From a virus (lineage: Duplodnaviria > Caudoviricetes): a stretch of 64,000 bases of DNA. The notes beneath the pieces are model-generated. The model was not told the origin of the DNA. It made no database searches and saw nothing but the letters and a program-made list of their open reading frames with translations. This document shows, piece after piece, positions 10,182-18,184 of the stretch (its first letter is position 1; each line of letters starts with the position of its first letter). Location: positions 64,001 through 128,000 of IMG/VR virus record IMGVR_UViG_3300022917_000008; one strand, given 5' to 3'. The position numbers and the translations under genes are program-made.

Positions 10182-10197
10182 TGTTTCACGTGGAACA
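10182..10197. other. parS centromere-like site
   Basis: TGTTTCACGTGGAACA matches the chromosomal parS consensus; intergenic. Confidence 0.8.
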
Positions 10198-10355
10198 TAG
10201 CACAATAATCATAAGAGCTTGGTATATTTTCTCTCTGAGTTGTGAGATAAGAGAAAAATTACACCAAGAAATAGGGTCAATGACCTATTCTGTGATGTAA
10301 TTAACTAACATTCAGTGATACACTGAGAATACGAGACCAGAATTGGCCTTAGTTG

Positions 10356-10748
10356 TTAGACTGCTAAGGCAAACAATGCAGTGCCTTGAGGCATTAGCCT
10401 GATCATGTTGGCTGTCTTACTGTCAACCCCTTCGAATTCCAGGCTTGACATGTTCAGGAACTCACCACTCTTGGAAGGTGTGAGAACTGCCTTGGCAATG
10501 ACTGGCTTTCCAACAGGAATGTGAGTTGGAATGTTAGTGATTGCGCTCTCCAAAGGGAAGAATGTACCAAGGTCAGTGACTACAATCTTAGTCTTCCTGC
10601 CATCAGTGGTGCTCTTCCAGCCTCCAATGGATAATACCTGAATCTCAACAGTCTCAGACTTGGAATTCTTGCTTGCTTCGAGGTTCTTAGCAATGAGTTG
10701 CTCTACAAGGCTAAGTGGTTTTGCTGCTGGTGTGTTGTTCTGTTCCAT
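10356..10748 (-). CDS. hypothetical protein (first gene of the leftward arm)
   Basis: 130-aa ORF next to the strand switch. Confidence 0.75.
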   Translation of the reverse strand: MEQNNTPAAKPLSLVEQLIAKNLEASKNSKSETVEIQVLSIGGWKSTTDGRKTKIVVTDLGTFFPLESAITNIPTHIPVGKPVIAKAVLTPSKSGEFLNMSSLEFEGVDSKTANMIRLMPQGTALFALAV

Positions 10749-10980
10749 GATAAATGAAATTTAGATGTAAATAAAGTGATTCCAAACACCACATGGGATT
10801 TGATCTCACAGTATAGGGGGTACCCCCAACTCCAGATTCTGCATGGGGTTGGTGATGGGGAAGGTACTTACATCTCTACGTACTATAAACTTGGTACCAT
10901 ACAGGTACTTACACTCGTGTATACCAATTAGAACAAGGGTGGGGGTATCTTATATACAACCAAACATAGGGGGTTATTTA

Positions 10981-11012
10981 TTTGGAAGTACCAACTAGGG
11001 GGTGTATATTTG
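10981..11012 (+). promoter_or_regulatory. Bacteroidetes sigma-A promoter
   Basis: TTTG-N20-TATATTTG. Confidence 0.75.
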
Positions 11013-11033
11013 TGTATAAACAAATCAACAAGT

Positions 11034-11369
11034 ATGAACAACCCAAATGACACATTAGAGTCTGCAGCTATTGACCAGATAAAAGGGGCAAACCAAAAGG
11101 CCTTAGCAGGTAAGGTAGTAGACAGTGAACAGCCAGTAACTCCACAGAAGCCTATGTCAATAGAGCAGTACACACAGGCACTAAAGAAGGAGCATGAGGT
11201 AGCCAGGCTTAGGGCAGGCATAGCAAAGTTCATGTTTGAAGAGAACATGGCTATGGTACAACTCAATCAGCTAAGGGCTGGACAACACATGGTGCAGCAA
11301 GCACAGATGCCTGATAATCAACCAACTGAGGAAATCCCACAAACTGAAGACAATGGAGATCAAGGATAA
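11034..11369 (+). CDS. hypothetical coiled-coil protein
   Basis: ATG 11034 lies downstream of the promoter. Confidence 0.7.
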   Translation: MNNPNDTLESAAIDQIKGANQKALAGKVVDSEQPVTPQKPMSIEQYTQALKKEHEVARLRAGIAKFMFEENMAMVQLNQLRAGQHMVQQAQMPDNQPTEEIPQTEDNGDQG

Positions 11370-11658
11370 TCAATACAAGGAAGCACCATCAGGTCCTCCT
11401 GTGTTTCTAGCCCCAGCTGATGCTCCTGACAGGGATGCATTAGAGGCTTATAGGCATGGGTTAATGGAGAGGGTATGTAACCTTGATCCTGAGATTGGAC
11501 TGACTATTAGGAAGGACCTAATAGAGTTTGATGAGCAGCAGACAGCAGTATGGAGCTTGGATAGGATTCAGGATCAGCCTACTGATTGTTTGAGGGATTT
11601 GATAGTGAGGGTAGAGAACACAGAAGACATTCTTAAGGAAGACCCAAGACTACTGTAA
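11353..11658 (+). CDS. hypothetical protein
   Basis: Packed ORF. Confidence 0.7.
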   Translation: MEIKDNQYKEAPSGPPVFLAPADAPDRDALEAYRHGLMERVCNLDPEIGLTIRKDLIEFDEQQTAVWSLDRIQDQPTDCLRDLIVRVENTEDILKEDPRLL

Positions 11659-12077
11659 TGGAGCATTTACATGAACCTGAGATAGACCCTCTGGATATAG
11701 ATAGGCCTGGATACTATACACCCAGGATAGAAGAATTATTCTTCAGTTGTGAAGTAGATGTGTATGAAGGAGACAAGTGGATGTCCTATATCATAGATGA
11801 GGAGTTTGATCTGAACAACATATCAAGCTTTAGTCTAAGGATGAAATACTTACAGGCTAAGGATGTGATGGAACTAGGGTTTGCAAGAGTAATGCCTAAC
11901 ACTCCTATGTATCAAAGAGGGTCTTACACTATTACTACATACAGGCTACTTGATCCAACTTATAGCAGAGTGAAGATCAGTCAGAATGGTGTGACAGTGT
12001 TTGAGGGTCATGTGAAGAACAAGTCAGAGTTAAGAAGGATTCTGATACTTAATGAAATAAATTTTGCTGATAACTAA
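11658..12077 (+). CDS. hypothetical protein
   Basis: TAATG coupling. Confidence 0.75.
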   Translation: MEHLHEPEIDPLDIDRPGYYTPRIEELFFSCEVDVYEGDKWMSYIIDEEFDLNNISSFSLRMKYLQAKDVMELGFARVMPNTPMYQRGSYTITTYRLLDPTYSRVKISQNGVTVFEGHVKNKSELRRILILNEINFADN

Positions 12078-12093
12078 GGAAGGAGTATATTTG
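12063..12093 (+). promoter_or_regulatory. Bacteroidetes promoter of tRNA operon 1
   Basis: TTTG-N19-TATATTTG; leader ATG starts 4 nt after the final G. Confidence 0.8.
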
Positions 12094-12096
12094 GGT

Positions 12097-12192
12097 ATGC
12101 AACAACATGCAATAGATATGGCCAATAGAGAGATCAGGGTGAAGAAAAGCTCTGAGGGTATGCTATTTGCTAGACTAGATTACACAAGTTAA
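12097..12192 (+). CDS. attenuator leader peptide 1 (MQQHAIDMANREIRVKKSSEGMLFARLDYTS)
   Basis: Codons 5-17 match the downstream tRNA set; 12149-12160 is complementary to the terminator 5' arm. Confidence 0.8.
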   Translation: MQQHAIDMANREIRVKKSSEGMLFARLDYTS

Positions 12193-12214
12193 CAGGTTCC
12201 TAAGCAATAAGACT

Positions 12215-12255
12215 ACCCCCAGAGCAGCCAAAAGCTACCTGGGGGTTTTTGTTTT
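12215..12255 (+). terminator. intrinsic terminator (attenuator 1)
   Basis: ACCCCCAG...CTGGGGGT followed by TTTTGTTTT, immediately before the tRNA cluster. Confidence 0.85.
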
Positions 12256-12256
12256 A

Positions 12257-12330
12257 TCCCCTTGTAGCAAACAGGTGTAGGCAAGAGTCTTTTAAACTCT
12301 GGGGTTTGGTTCAATTCCAAACAGGGGGAC
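12257..12330 (+). tRNA. tRNA-Lys(TTT)
   Basis: AGAGT-CTTTTAA-ACTCT; T-arm GGTTCAATTCC. Confidence 0.85.
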
Positions 12331-12332
12331 AA

Positions 12333-12405
12333 GCTGTTATAACTCAACAGGTAGAGTAATTGATTCTTAATCAATGAGTTCTAGGTTCGAGCCCTAGTAG
12401 CAGCA
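12333..12405 (+). tRNA. tRNA-Lys(CTT)
   Basis: ATTGA-TTCTTAA-TCAAT; GGTTCGAGCCC. Confidence 0.88.
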
Positions 12406-12406
12406 C

Positions 12407-12580
12407 ATGATAACAATACACACAGGAGCAGGTGGTATGGAGCTATTCCAAGAAATGATGGATAGGGAACTTGGATATGAAAGAGTATATCTTAGGAAGG
12501 TGCCAAGAATACTAAAGTCTAAGTTCAAAAAGAGTCCCTACACAGGGAAGTACTATAAAAGGATAAAGATGCCCCTTTAG
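12407..12580 (+). CDS. small basic hypothetical protein (57 aa); stop lies inside tRNA-Val
   Basis: Manual translation MITIHTGAGGMELF...KMPL*. Confidence 0.5.
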   Translation: MITIHTGAGGMELFQEMMDRELGYERVYLRKVPRILKSKFKKSPYTGKYYKRIKMPL

Positions 12581-12642
12581 CTCATTGGTAGAGCTTGTCC
12601 CTTACATGGATAGAGTAGGGAGTTCGATTCTCTCAGGGGGTA
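12571..12642 (+). tRNA. tRNA-Val(TAC)
   Basis: TGTCC-CTTACAT-GGATA; AGTTCGATTCT. Confidence 0.88.
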
Positions 12643-12647
12643 CTAAT

Positions 12648-12719
12648 GCACCTGTAGCTCAATGGTAGAGCTGCAAACTTCTAATTTGCAGGCTGGAAGT
12701 TCGACCCTTCCCAGGTGTT
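12648..12719 (+). tRNA. tRNA-Arg(TCT)
   Basis: GCAAA-CTTCTAA-TTTGC. Confidence 0.88.
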
Positions 12720-12725
12720 CTATAA

Positions 12726-12798
12726 GGCCAGTTAGCTCAGTGATAGTAGCAAGAAGCTGTTAACTTCTAGGTCCTAGGTTTGATCCCTAGACTGGCCT
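12726..12798 (+). tRNA. tRNA-Asn(GTT)
   Basis: AGAAG-CTGTTAA-CTTCT; T-loop TTTGATC. Confidence 0.88.
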
Positions 12799-12840
12799 CA
12801 GATATTTTGTTCTTTGGAATAAACTTCATACATTTGTATT

Positions 12841-13230
12841 GTGACACAAAGAGAACAAACAATAGCAACCAAGTTCCTATATTTGATAGGAGTAACTAAG
12901 GGGCAGATATTTGCCAAGTGTAAGAACTGGCAGTCAGCTAGAACAACCATAAGGAGACATGCTGTGAAGATATATGAGACCTCAGGGAAGCCAAAAGCAT
13001 GTAACTCTTGTGGATATGATAAGCATTATGAAATATGTCACATAAGGGCTGTGTCTGACTTTCCAGATGAAGCCTTAGTTGAAGAGATAAATAGTATAGA
13101 CAACCTGATGGCACTATGTCCAAACTGTCATTGGGAGTTTGACAATTTAGATTGTGGGGTGGATGTAACGGTAACACAAGACTCTCATAAGGTCTTAATT
13201 GACAGTTCGATTCTGTCCCCCGCAACGTAA
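12841..13230 (+). CDS. HNH endonuclease with its own promoter (12806-12836)
   Basis: CNSCG...EICHI...NLMALCPNCH; C-terminus reads through tRNA-Met. Confidence 0.85.
   Translation: MTQREQTIATKFLYLIGVTKGQIFAKCKNWQSARTTIRRHAVKIYETSGKPKACNSCGYDKHYEICHIRAVSDFPDEALVEEINSIDNLMALCPNCHWEFDNLDCGVDVTVTQDSHKVLIDSSILSPAT
13153..13225 (+). tRNA. tRNA-Met(CAT)
   Basis: AGACT-CTCATAA-GGTCT; GACAG-TTCGATT-CTGTC. Confidence 0.82.
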
Positions 13231-13327
13231 CACAACAAAACTTGGAGCACAAGTATCTACTCATAAAAGGAGTGCTTAGGGCATAGGCTGGTGACTTCAG
13301 TAATAACCCTTCCAGTGAGAGTAGATT

Positions 13328-13399
13328 AGTACTATCGTCTAGTGGCTAGGACATTGCACTTTCACTGCAATAAAGGGGGATCGAAACCCCCTAGTACTA
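13328..13399 (+). tRNA. tRNA-Glu(TTC)
   Basis: TTGCA-CTTTCAC-TGCAA; D-arm GTCTAGTGGCTAGGAC. Confidence 0.88.
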
Positions 13400-13406
13400 C
13401 AACCAT

Positions 13407-13483
13407 AGCCTCAGGGGCTGCTAGAAGTGGCCACTCCCCTGTCACGGGAGAATATCAGGAGGGTTTGAATCCCTTTGGGGCTG
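13407..13483 (+). tRNA. tRNA-Asp(GTC)
   Basis: CTCCC-CTGTCAC-GGGAG. Confidence 0.8.
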
Positions 13484-13484
13484 C

Positions 13485-13616
13485 ATGAAAGAGACATTCA
13501 ACAGGATATGGAATGATCCAGTGGGATCAGATATCATAGCTGGACTGATAGTGTTAGTAATAGCATTTGTACTATCCAGAGTATTCAACATCAAGATTCC
13601 TCATTTTGACCCTTAG
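13485..13616 (+). CDS. small single-TM peptide (43 aa)
   Basis: MKETFNRIWNDPVGSDIIAGLIVLVIAFVLSRVF...; stop lies inside the next tRNA. Confidence 0.5.
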   Translation: MKETFNRIWNDPVGSDIIAGLIVLVIAFVLSRVFNIKIPHFDP

Positions 13617-13679
13617 CTCAATAGGTAGAGCAGGATACTCATAATATCAAGGTAGTGGGTTCAAATCCCTCAGGGTCAA
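13607..13679 (+). tRNA. tRNA(CAT), probably Ile2 (lysidine type, reads ATA)
   Basis: GATA-CTCATAA-TATC; body resembles bacterial tRNA-Ile2 (CCTTAGCTCA...AGAGCAGG..ACTCATAAT). Confidence 0.75.
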
Positions 13680-13691
13680 CAAACTAACATT

Positions 13692-14471
13692 ATGTTCTAC
13701 GTATTGCAAGAGAATGTTTTCAAGGAGTCCCATCATGAACTAATAATGAACTGGATGGAAAAGGCTGGAATAGAGCATGAAGTAATCAAGTTCAGACCTT
13801 TCACAGACACATTAGAAGTAGAGACTAAGAGGAAGGACATATGGTTATGGGGATCAGTTAGTGCATCCAGGATAGCTGAGAAGTACGGATGGTCTCCTGG
13901 TAGTATGTACAATGACAATCATGACCTTGAGGTCTACTCCAAGTACTATGGTGAGAACATGCTAAACCATGATGGTGTGGTAATGAGAGTTACTGATCCA
14001 CTCCCAGATGGTTTAGTCTCATTCTTTGCTAGACCAACTAAGGATACTAAGGCATTCACAGGACAGGTCTTTGATGCTAAGGAATGGAATGAATGGGTAG
14101 ATGATATGACTAGGGCAGGCTTAGTTAGAAGCTTCAGTAAGGATACTAAGGTACTACTAGCGCCTCTCAAGTTGATACAGCAAGAGGTAAGGTGCTGGGT
14201 GATAGGAGGTAAAGTAGTGTCTGCAAGTAGATATAAGATGCATGACAGGATACAATACCAGAACTATGATGATGAGACTTTCTACACTGACTTTGCCCAG
14301 AAGATGGCAGACATTTATTGTCCAGCAGAAGCCTTTGTGATAGATGTATGTTTGGCTGAGGGAGAACTTAAAGTGGTAGAAATCAACTGCATAAACTGTT
14401 CTGGTTTCTATCATATGAACGTAGATAAAGTAATGAGTGCTCTTGAGACTCATTTTGGCAATGTCACATAG
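13692..14471 (+). CDS. ATP-grasp domain protein (DUF4343/R2K-like)
   Basis: FARP..DTKAFTG, EVRCWVIGGKVVSASRY, FVIDV...VVEINCINCSGFY. Confidence 0.8.
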   Translation: MFYVLQENVFKESHHELIMNWMEKAGIEHEVIKFRPFTDTLEVETKRKDIWLWGSVSASRIAEKYGWSPGSMYNDNHDLEVYSKYYGENMLNHDGVVMRVTDPLPDGLVSFFARPTKDTKAFTGQVFDAKEWNEWVDDMTRAGLVRSFSKDTKVLLAPLKLIQQEVRCWVIGGKVVSASRYKMHDRIQYQNYDDETFYTDFAQKMADIYCPAEAFVIDVCLAEGELKVVEINCINCSGFYHMNVDKVMSALETHFGNVT

Positions 14472-14533
14472 CTCAATGGTTGAGCACCAATCTGATAAGT
14501 TGGGGGATGTAGGTTCAAATCCTACTGTGACAA
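14462..14533 (+). tRNA. tRNA-Ile(GAT)
   Basis: CCAAT-CTGATAA-GTTGG. Confidence 0.9.
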
Positions 14534-14535
14534 CT

Positions 14536-14793
14536 ATGAAACAAGAAATACTAGATGCAGGATGGAAGTACTATCAGAGCCCATATCTAGCTGAGAAGTA
14601 CAGAGAGGGGGTATATGAAAAGGGCAACTACTGGATGAAGATAAATGAAGATAGCAGAGACATAACAGTGATTGCACAAGACCCAGTAAAGCTACTAGAT
14701 GAGGGATGGGTATACCCAGAGAATTTTAAACTCTGTGTTCCTTATAAAGGGCCCAAAACACTAGAAGGCTTGGATAAACTACTAGATTTATGA
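14536..14793 (+). CDS. hypothetical protein
   Basis: Start reassigned to MKQEIL, after the tRNA. Confidence 0.65.
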   Translation: MKQEILDAGWKYYQSPYLAEKYREGVYEKGNYWMKINEDSRDITVIAQDPVKLLDEGWVYPENFKLCVPYKGPKTLEGLDKLLDL

Positions 14794-15074
14794 TGCTCCA
14801 ATTGAACCCTATACTACCAGTTTTCGTTCCTAGGTTCAACATAGAGGGATTTGCCTTTCTTGTAACTAGGGAATCACAAGAGCATTATACAATCTTCACT
14901 GTGGCCTTAGACAATGGTGAGATATGGGACCTAAGTAACAGGGAGGTAAGGTTTTGTGTTAATCACACTATGGACAGATCATTTATTAACAAGGGGGACA
15001 CAATATTCAAAGATGCTTTTAGACCACATAACAGGGCTGTTCCTGATGATAAAACACAGGAGAAGGGTAGTTAG
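14790..15074 (+). CDS. hypothetical protein
   Basis: ATGA overlap; MLQLNP...GEIW resembles a small phage family. Confidence 0.65.
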   Translation: MMLQLNPILPVFVPRFNIEGFAFLVTRESQEHYTIFTVALDNGEIWDLSNREVRFCVNHTMDRSFINKGDTIFKDAFRPHNRAVPDDKTQEKGS

Positions 15075-15176
15075 GTTCAAGGTACCCAGGGCTAAGGTAA
15101 TGCAGGTATACAGGTTCTCTAGGCCCAATGCCAAGGCTTTGTACTTAGGGCTGGGCAGGTTCATCTTTATCAACTA

Positions 15177-15246
15177 GGGCTAGATGCCAATGGCAGGTCA
15201 ACTCCCTTGCAAGGAGATTGTTTGGGTTCGACTCCCACTATGTCCA
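15177..15246 (+). tRNA. tRNA-Ala(TGC), atypical
   Basis: CTCC-CTTGCAA-GGAG; G3:U70 pair; irregular acceptor and D arms. Confidence 0.7.
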
Positions 15247-15302
15247 CTAATTTAATCCCAAGTATGGAGTTAATTTTGTATCTTTATTTGTAAAGATATA
15301 CT

Positions 15303-16673
15303 ATGGCTACTGCAACAATAAATTGGGTACCCACCAATGGAAGTGGGTATGAAATATGGTATGGTAAGCTAACTATGGTTGGCACTACTTTCTTACCTCC
15401 TTCTACAGGCTGGATACAAGCTCCTGGTTCACCTTTTGATTCTACTCTGGGTACAGCTACTATCAATGGACTGGATGACAACACTCAGTACAGGATAGTA
15501 ACTAGGGCTGACTGTACATCTGCTGACAGTCCATGGATTGATAAGAGTGTGGACAAGATAGTCTGCCCTACTTTCACTGTAGTAGCTAATCCAGTAGGTG
15601 GAACAGATGTGGGAGCTTCAATCACAGCAAACATTAGCCTGTCTAATATTGTTGAATTTGGATTGATAGTCTCCTCAGTTACTCTCACTGTCAAGAAGAC
15701 AAGTGATTCTTCAGTAGCAGCAACTAAGGTATTCTCTGCTCCATATACAGACACTACTCTCACTAACACATTCACATCTTTACTTACTAATACCAGTTAC
15801 ACAGTATATCTGACTTTGCATGATAGTGTGAATTCAGTGGATGTTACATGCACAAATCATGCTGTAACAACACTTGCATTCATACCACCTCCTACATGTA
15901 CAGCTCCAACATTCTCTATTAGCAATATCACACAATCTTCTGCCTTAGTTACAATAACATCAACTCTTCTAACTGGGGACACATATGATATTTCTATCAA
16001 TGGTGGATCATCCTATGTCTATACAGGACTAACTGGGGCAACATTCAGTCTTACAGGACTAACCCAGGGCACTAATTATGTAGTTGTGGTAAGGAGGAAC
16101 TGTGCAGCTGGTAATCAAGGCATTAGCACAAGTCAGACATTCACTACTGCAAGTAACATCATACCAGCAACTATACAAGCTAATAGGAGTAATGGACAGA
16201 TCAATACTGGTGGTGGACCAAGGTGGCAGTATTCAATGGTAATAACATTCCAACAACCTACACCATTCCCCATTACTATTTACTTTGGTCAGTCTGTGAT
16301 TGTAGGACAAGTAGGTGGAGGACAGTGTAGGTACAGTCAGGGATATGATATGTATACACCTCCAACTACAGGACCAATAGCTTGTTGTTTTGGTGGATGT
16401 ACATATCCAGCTCCAAACTCTAACAAGCCTTGGAGGATAGATGTACCTGCAGGTGTGGTCACATATACAGTACCATTTGACACTGCATTCAGAGATGGGG
16501 TCACTCATGCTGACTTGCAACAAGTGTGGTGTGTACAGGAGCCTGTGGGCACAGGTGCAGTGGATTACATTAGTGATTTGTGGATGAAGATTACTGCTCC
16601 TTCAGGATATTTCTGTAACTTCACTCCTGTACCTGGAGCACATACATCAGGGATAACAATACACAATCTATAA
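15303..16673 (+). CDS. FN3-repeat, Cys/Thr-rich virion decoration or fibre-like protein
   Basis: GLDDNTQYRIV, SLLTNTSYTV, GLTQGTNYVV FN3 signatures; N-terminus is paralogous to 42583..43809. Confidence 0.8.
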   Translation: MATATINWVPTNGSGYEIWYGKLTMVGTTFLPPSTGWIQAPGSPFDSTLGTATINGLDDNTQYRIVTRADCTSADSPWIDKSVDKIVCPTFTVVANPVGGTDVGASITANISLSNIVEFGLIVSSVTLTVKKTSDSSVAATKVFSAPYTDTTLTNTFTSLLTNTSYTVYLTLHDSVNSVDVTCTNHAVTTLAFIPPPTCTAPTFSISNITQSSALVTITSTLLTGDTYDISINGGSSYVYTGLTGATFSLTGLTQGTNYVVVVRRNCAAGNQGISTSQTFTTASNIIPATIQANRSNGQINTGGGPRWQYSMVITFQQPTPFPITIYFGQSVIVGQVGGGQCRYSQGYDMYTPPTTGPIACCFGGCTYPAPNSNKPWRIDVPAGVVTYTVPFDTAFRDGVTHADLQQVWCVQEPVGTGAVDYISDLWMKITAPSGYFCNFTPVPGAHTSGITIHNL

Positions 16674-16674
16674 T

Positions 16675-17652
16675 ATGAGTTTGATTAAGGATTTCTGCAA
16701 ATGGTTCAATGGGGAAGAGGATGTTGACAATACCCTCTATGTGATTACAGTGGTATTCAATCCTTTCAATTTCAAGTCCAGGTACAAGTTGTACAGGGAG
16801 TTCAGGGAGTACATGTCTACACAGAAGAATGTGAGGCTTCTAACAGTAGAAGTAGCACTAGGGGATAGGCCATTTAGAGTAACTAGGGCCAATAACTCTT
16901 GGAATGTGCAACTAAGGACTGAGGAAGAGATGTGGCACAAGGAGGCAGCTATTAATAGAGGGTTCAAACATCTATTACACTTGGTACCTAATGCCAAGTA
17001 TGTTGGATGGTTTGATTCTGATGTTAGGTTTGCTAATCCAGACTGGGTTAAGGAGACTATTCATGCCCTACACAGGTACAAGATAGTCCAGCCCTTCTCA
17101 CAAGTTGTATACATGGATGCAAAGTATGAAGAGTTGTGGCATACACCAAGTGCACTGAAACACTACCATAACAAATTAGGATACTATCAATATCCCCAAG
17201 TACCTCCTGGGTATCTATGTGGAGGACATCCAGGGTTAGCTTGGGCTGCAAGAGTAGATACTTTCAGGAAACTAGGAGGACTAATGGACTTCTGTATAGC
17301 AGGATCAGCAGACACACACATGCTGAATGCACTACTGGGAGATGTCAACATATTCTACAAACCTGGTATGACACAGGTGTTCAGGACTGAGCTTAAGAAG
17401 TGGCAGGACAAAGCAGATGAGCATGTTAAACAAAATATAGGCTACGTCAATGGAATCTGCTATCATTACTGGCATGGGAAGAGTGAGAAAAGGGGATATG
17501 AGAAGAGGTGGGACATAATGAACTTTCATCAATTTGACCCTTCTACTGACATTGTGAGGGGTCATAATGGACTATGGAAGTGGGCTGGAAACAAGCCCCA
17601 GTTAGTCTATGATCTAAGGAAATCAATGTCAGAAAGGAATGAAGATGAGTAA
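16675..17652 (+). CDS. glycosyltransferase-like protein (GT-A fold)
   Basis: WHKEAAINRG...YVGWFDSDVRF (DxD motif)...HYWHG. Confidence 0.7.
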   Translation: MSLIKDFCKWFNGEEDVDNTLYVITVVFNPFNFKSRYKLYREFREYMSTQKNVRLLTVEVALGDRPFRVTRANNSWNVQLRTEEEMWHKEAAINRGFKHLLHLVPNAKYVGWFDSDVRFANPDWVKETIHALHRYKIVQPFSQVVYMDAKYEELWHTPSALKHYHNKLGYYQYPQVPPGYLCGGHPGLAWAARVDTFRKLGGLMDFCIAGSADTHMLNALLGDVNIFYKPGMTQVFRTELKKWQDKADEHVKQNIGYVNGICYHYWHGKSEKRGYEKRWDIMNFHQFDPSTDIVRGHNGLWKWAGNKPQLVYDLRKSMSERNEDE

Positions 17653-18184
17653 TACACTGATAACACAGGACAGGTTAACAACTTTCTCCTTGCTAAGGCC
17701 CCTAGTTCCTAAAGAAGGATTAGTAGCTGAGGTAGGAGTATATAAGGGAGGATCACTTAAAGTACTAGCTAAACTGTTTGATGACACAGCAGTACTAGGA
17801 TTTGATACATTTGAGGGGTTACCTAAGGAGCAATGGATTGAGAGTGAGATACATGAGCCTGGTGACTTTCATGATACTACAATGAAGGATGTGCAGGAAT
17901 TCTTGCATGATTGTCCAAACGTGGTACTGATCAAGGGACTATTCCCAACATCAGCTAAGGGAATGGATGATTACAAGTTCAGGCTAGTACATTTGGATAC
18001 AGACTTTTATCTGGGTACAAAGTTATCACTAGAGTGGTTTTGGCCAAGGATGGAAAGTGGAGGTATTATAGTGTTTGATGACTATAAGTGGCCCAATTGT
18101 CCAGGTGTAGAACAAGTACTGAAGGAGTTTGGAGAACCTGTGCACCAAGCAGCAGATTATCAGGCATACATAAAGAAACCATGA
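17639..18184 (+). CDS. TylF/MycF/NovP-like O-methyltransferase
   Basis: AEVGVYKGGS, GFDTFEGLP, VHLDTDFY, GGIIVFDDY. Confidence 0.88.
   Translation: MKMSNTLITQDRLTTFSLLRPLVPKEGLVAEVGVYKGGSLKVLAKLFDDTAVLGFDTFEGLPKEQWIESEIHEPGDFHDTTMKDVQEFLHDCPNVVLIKGLFPTSAKGMDDYKFRLVHLDTDFYLGTKLSLEWFWPRMESGGIIVFDDYKWPNCPGVEQVLKEFGEPVHQAADYQAYIKKP

Noticed and set aside
12097-12255. T-box riboswitch as the explanation for the leaders
   Set aside because: Leaders are short and I see no T-box consensus (TGGNACC) or stem I; the multi-codon ORFs fit ribosome-mediated attenuation better.
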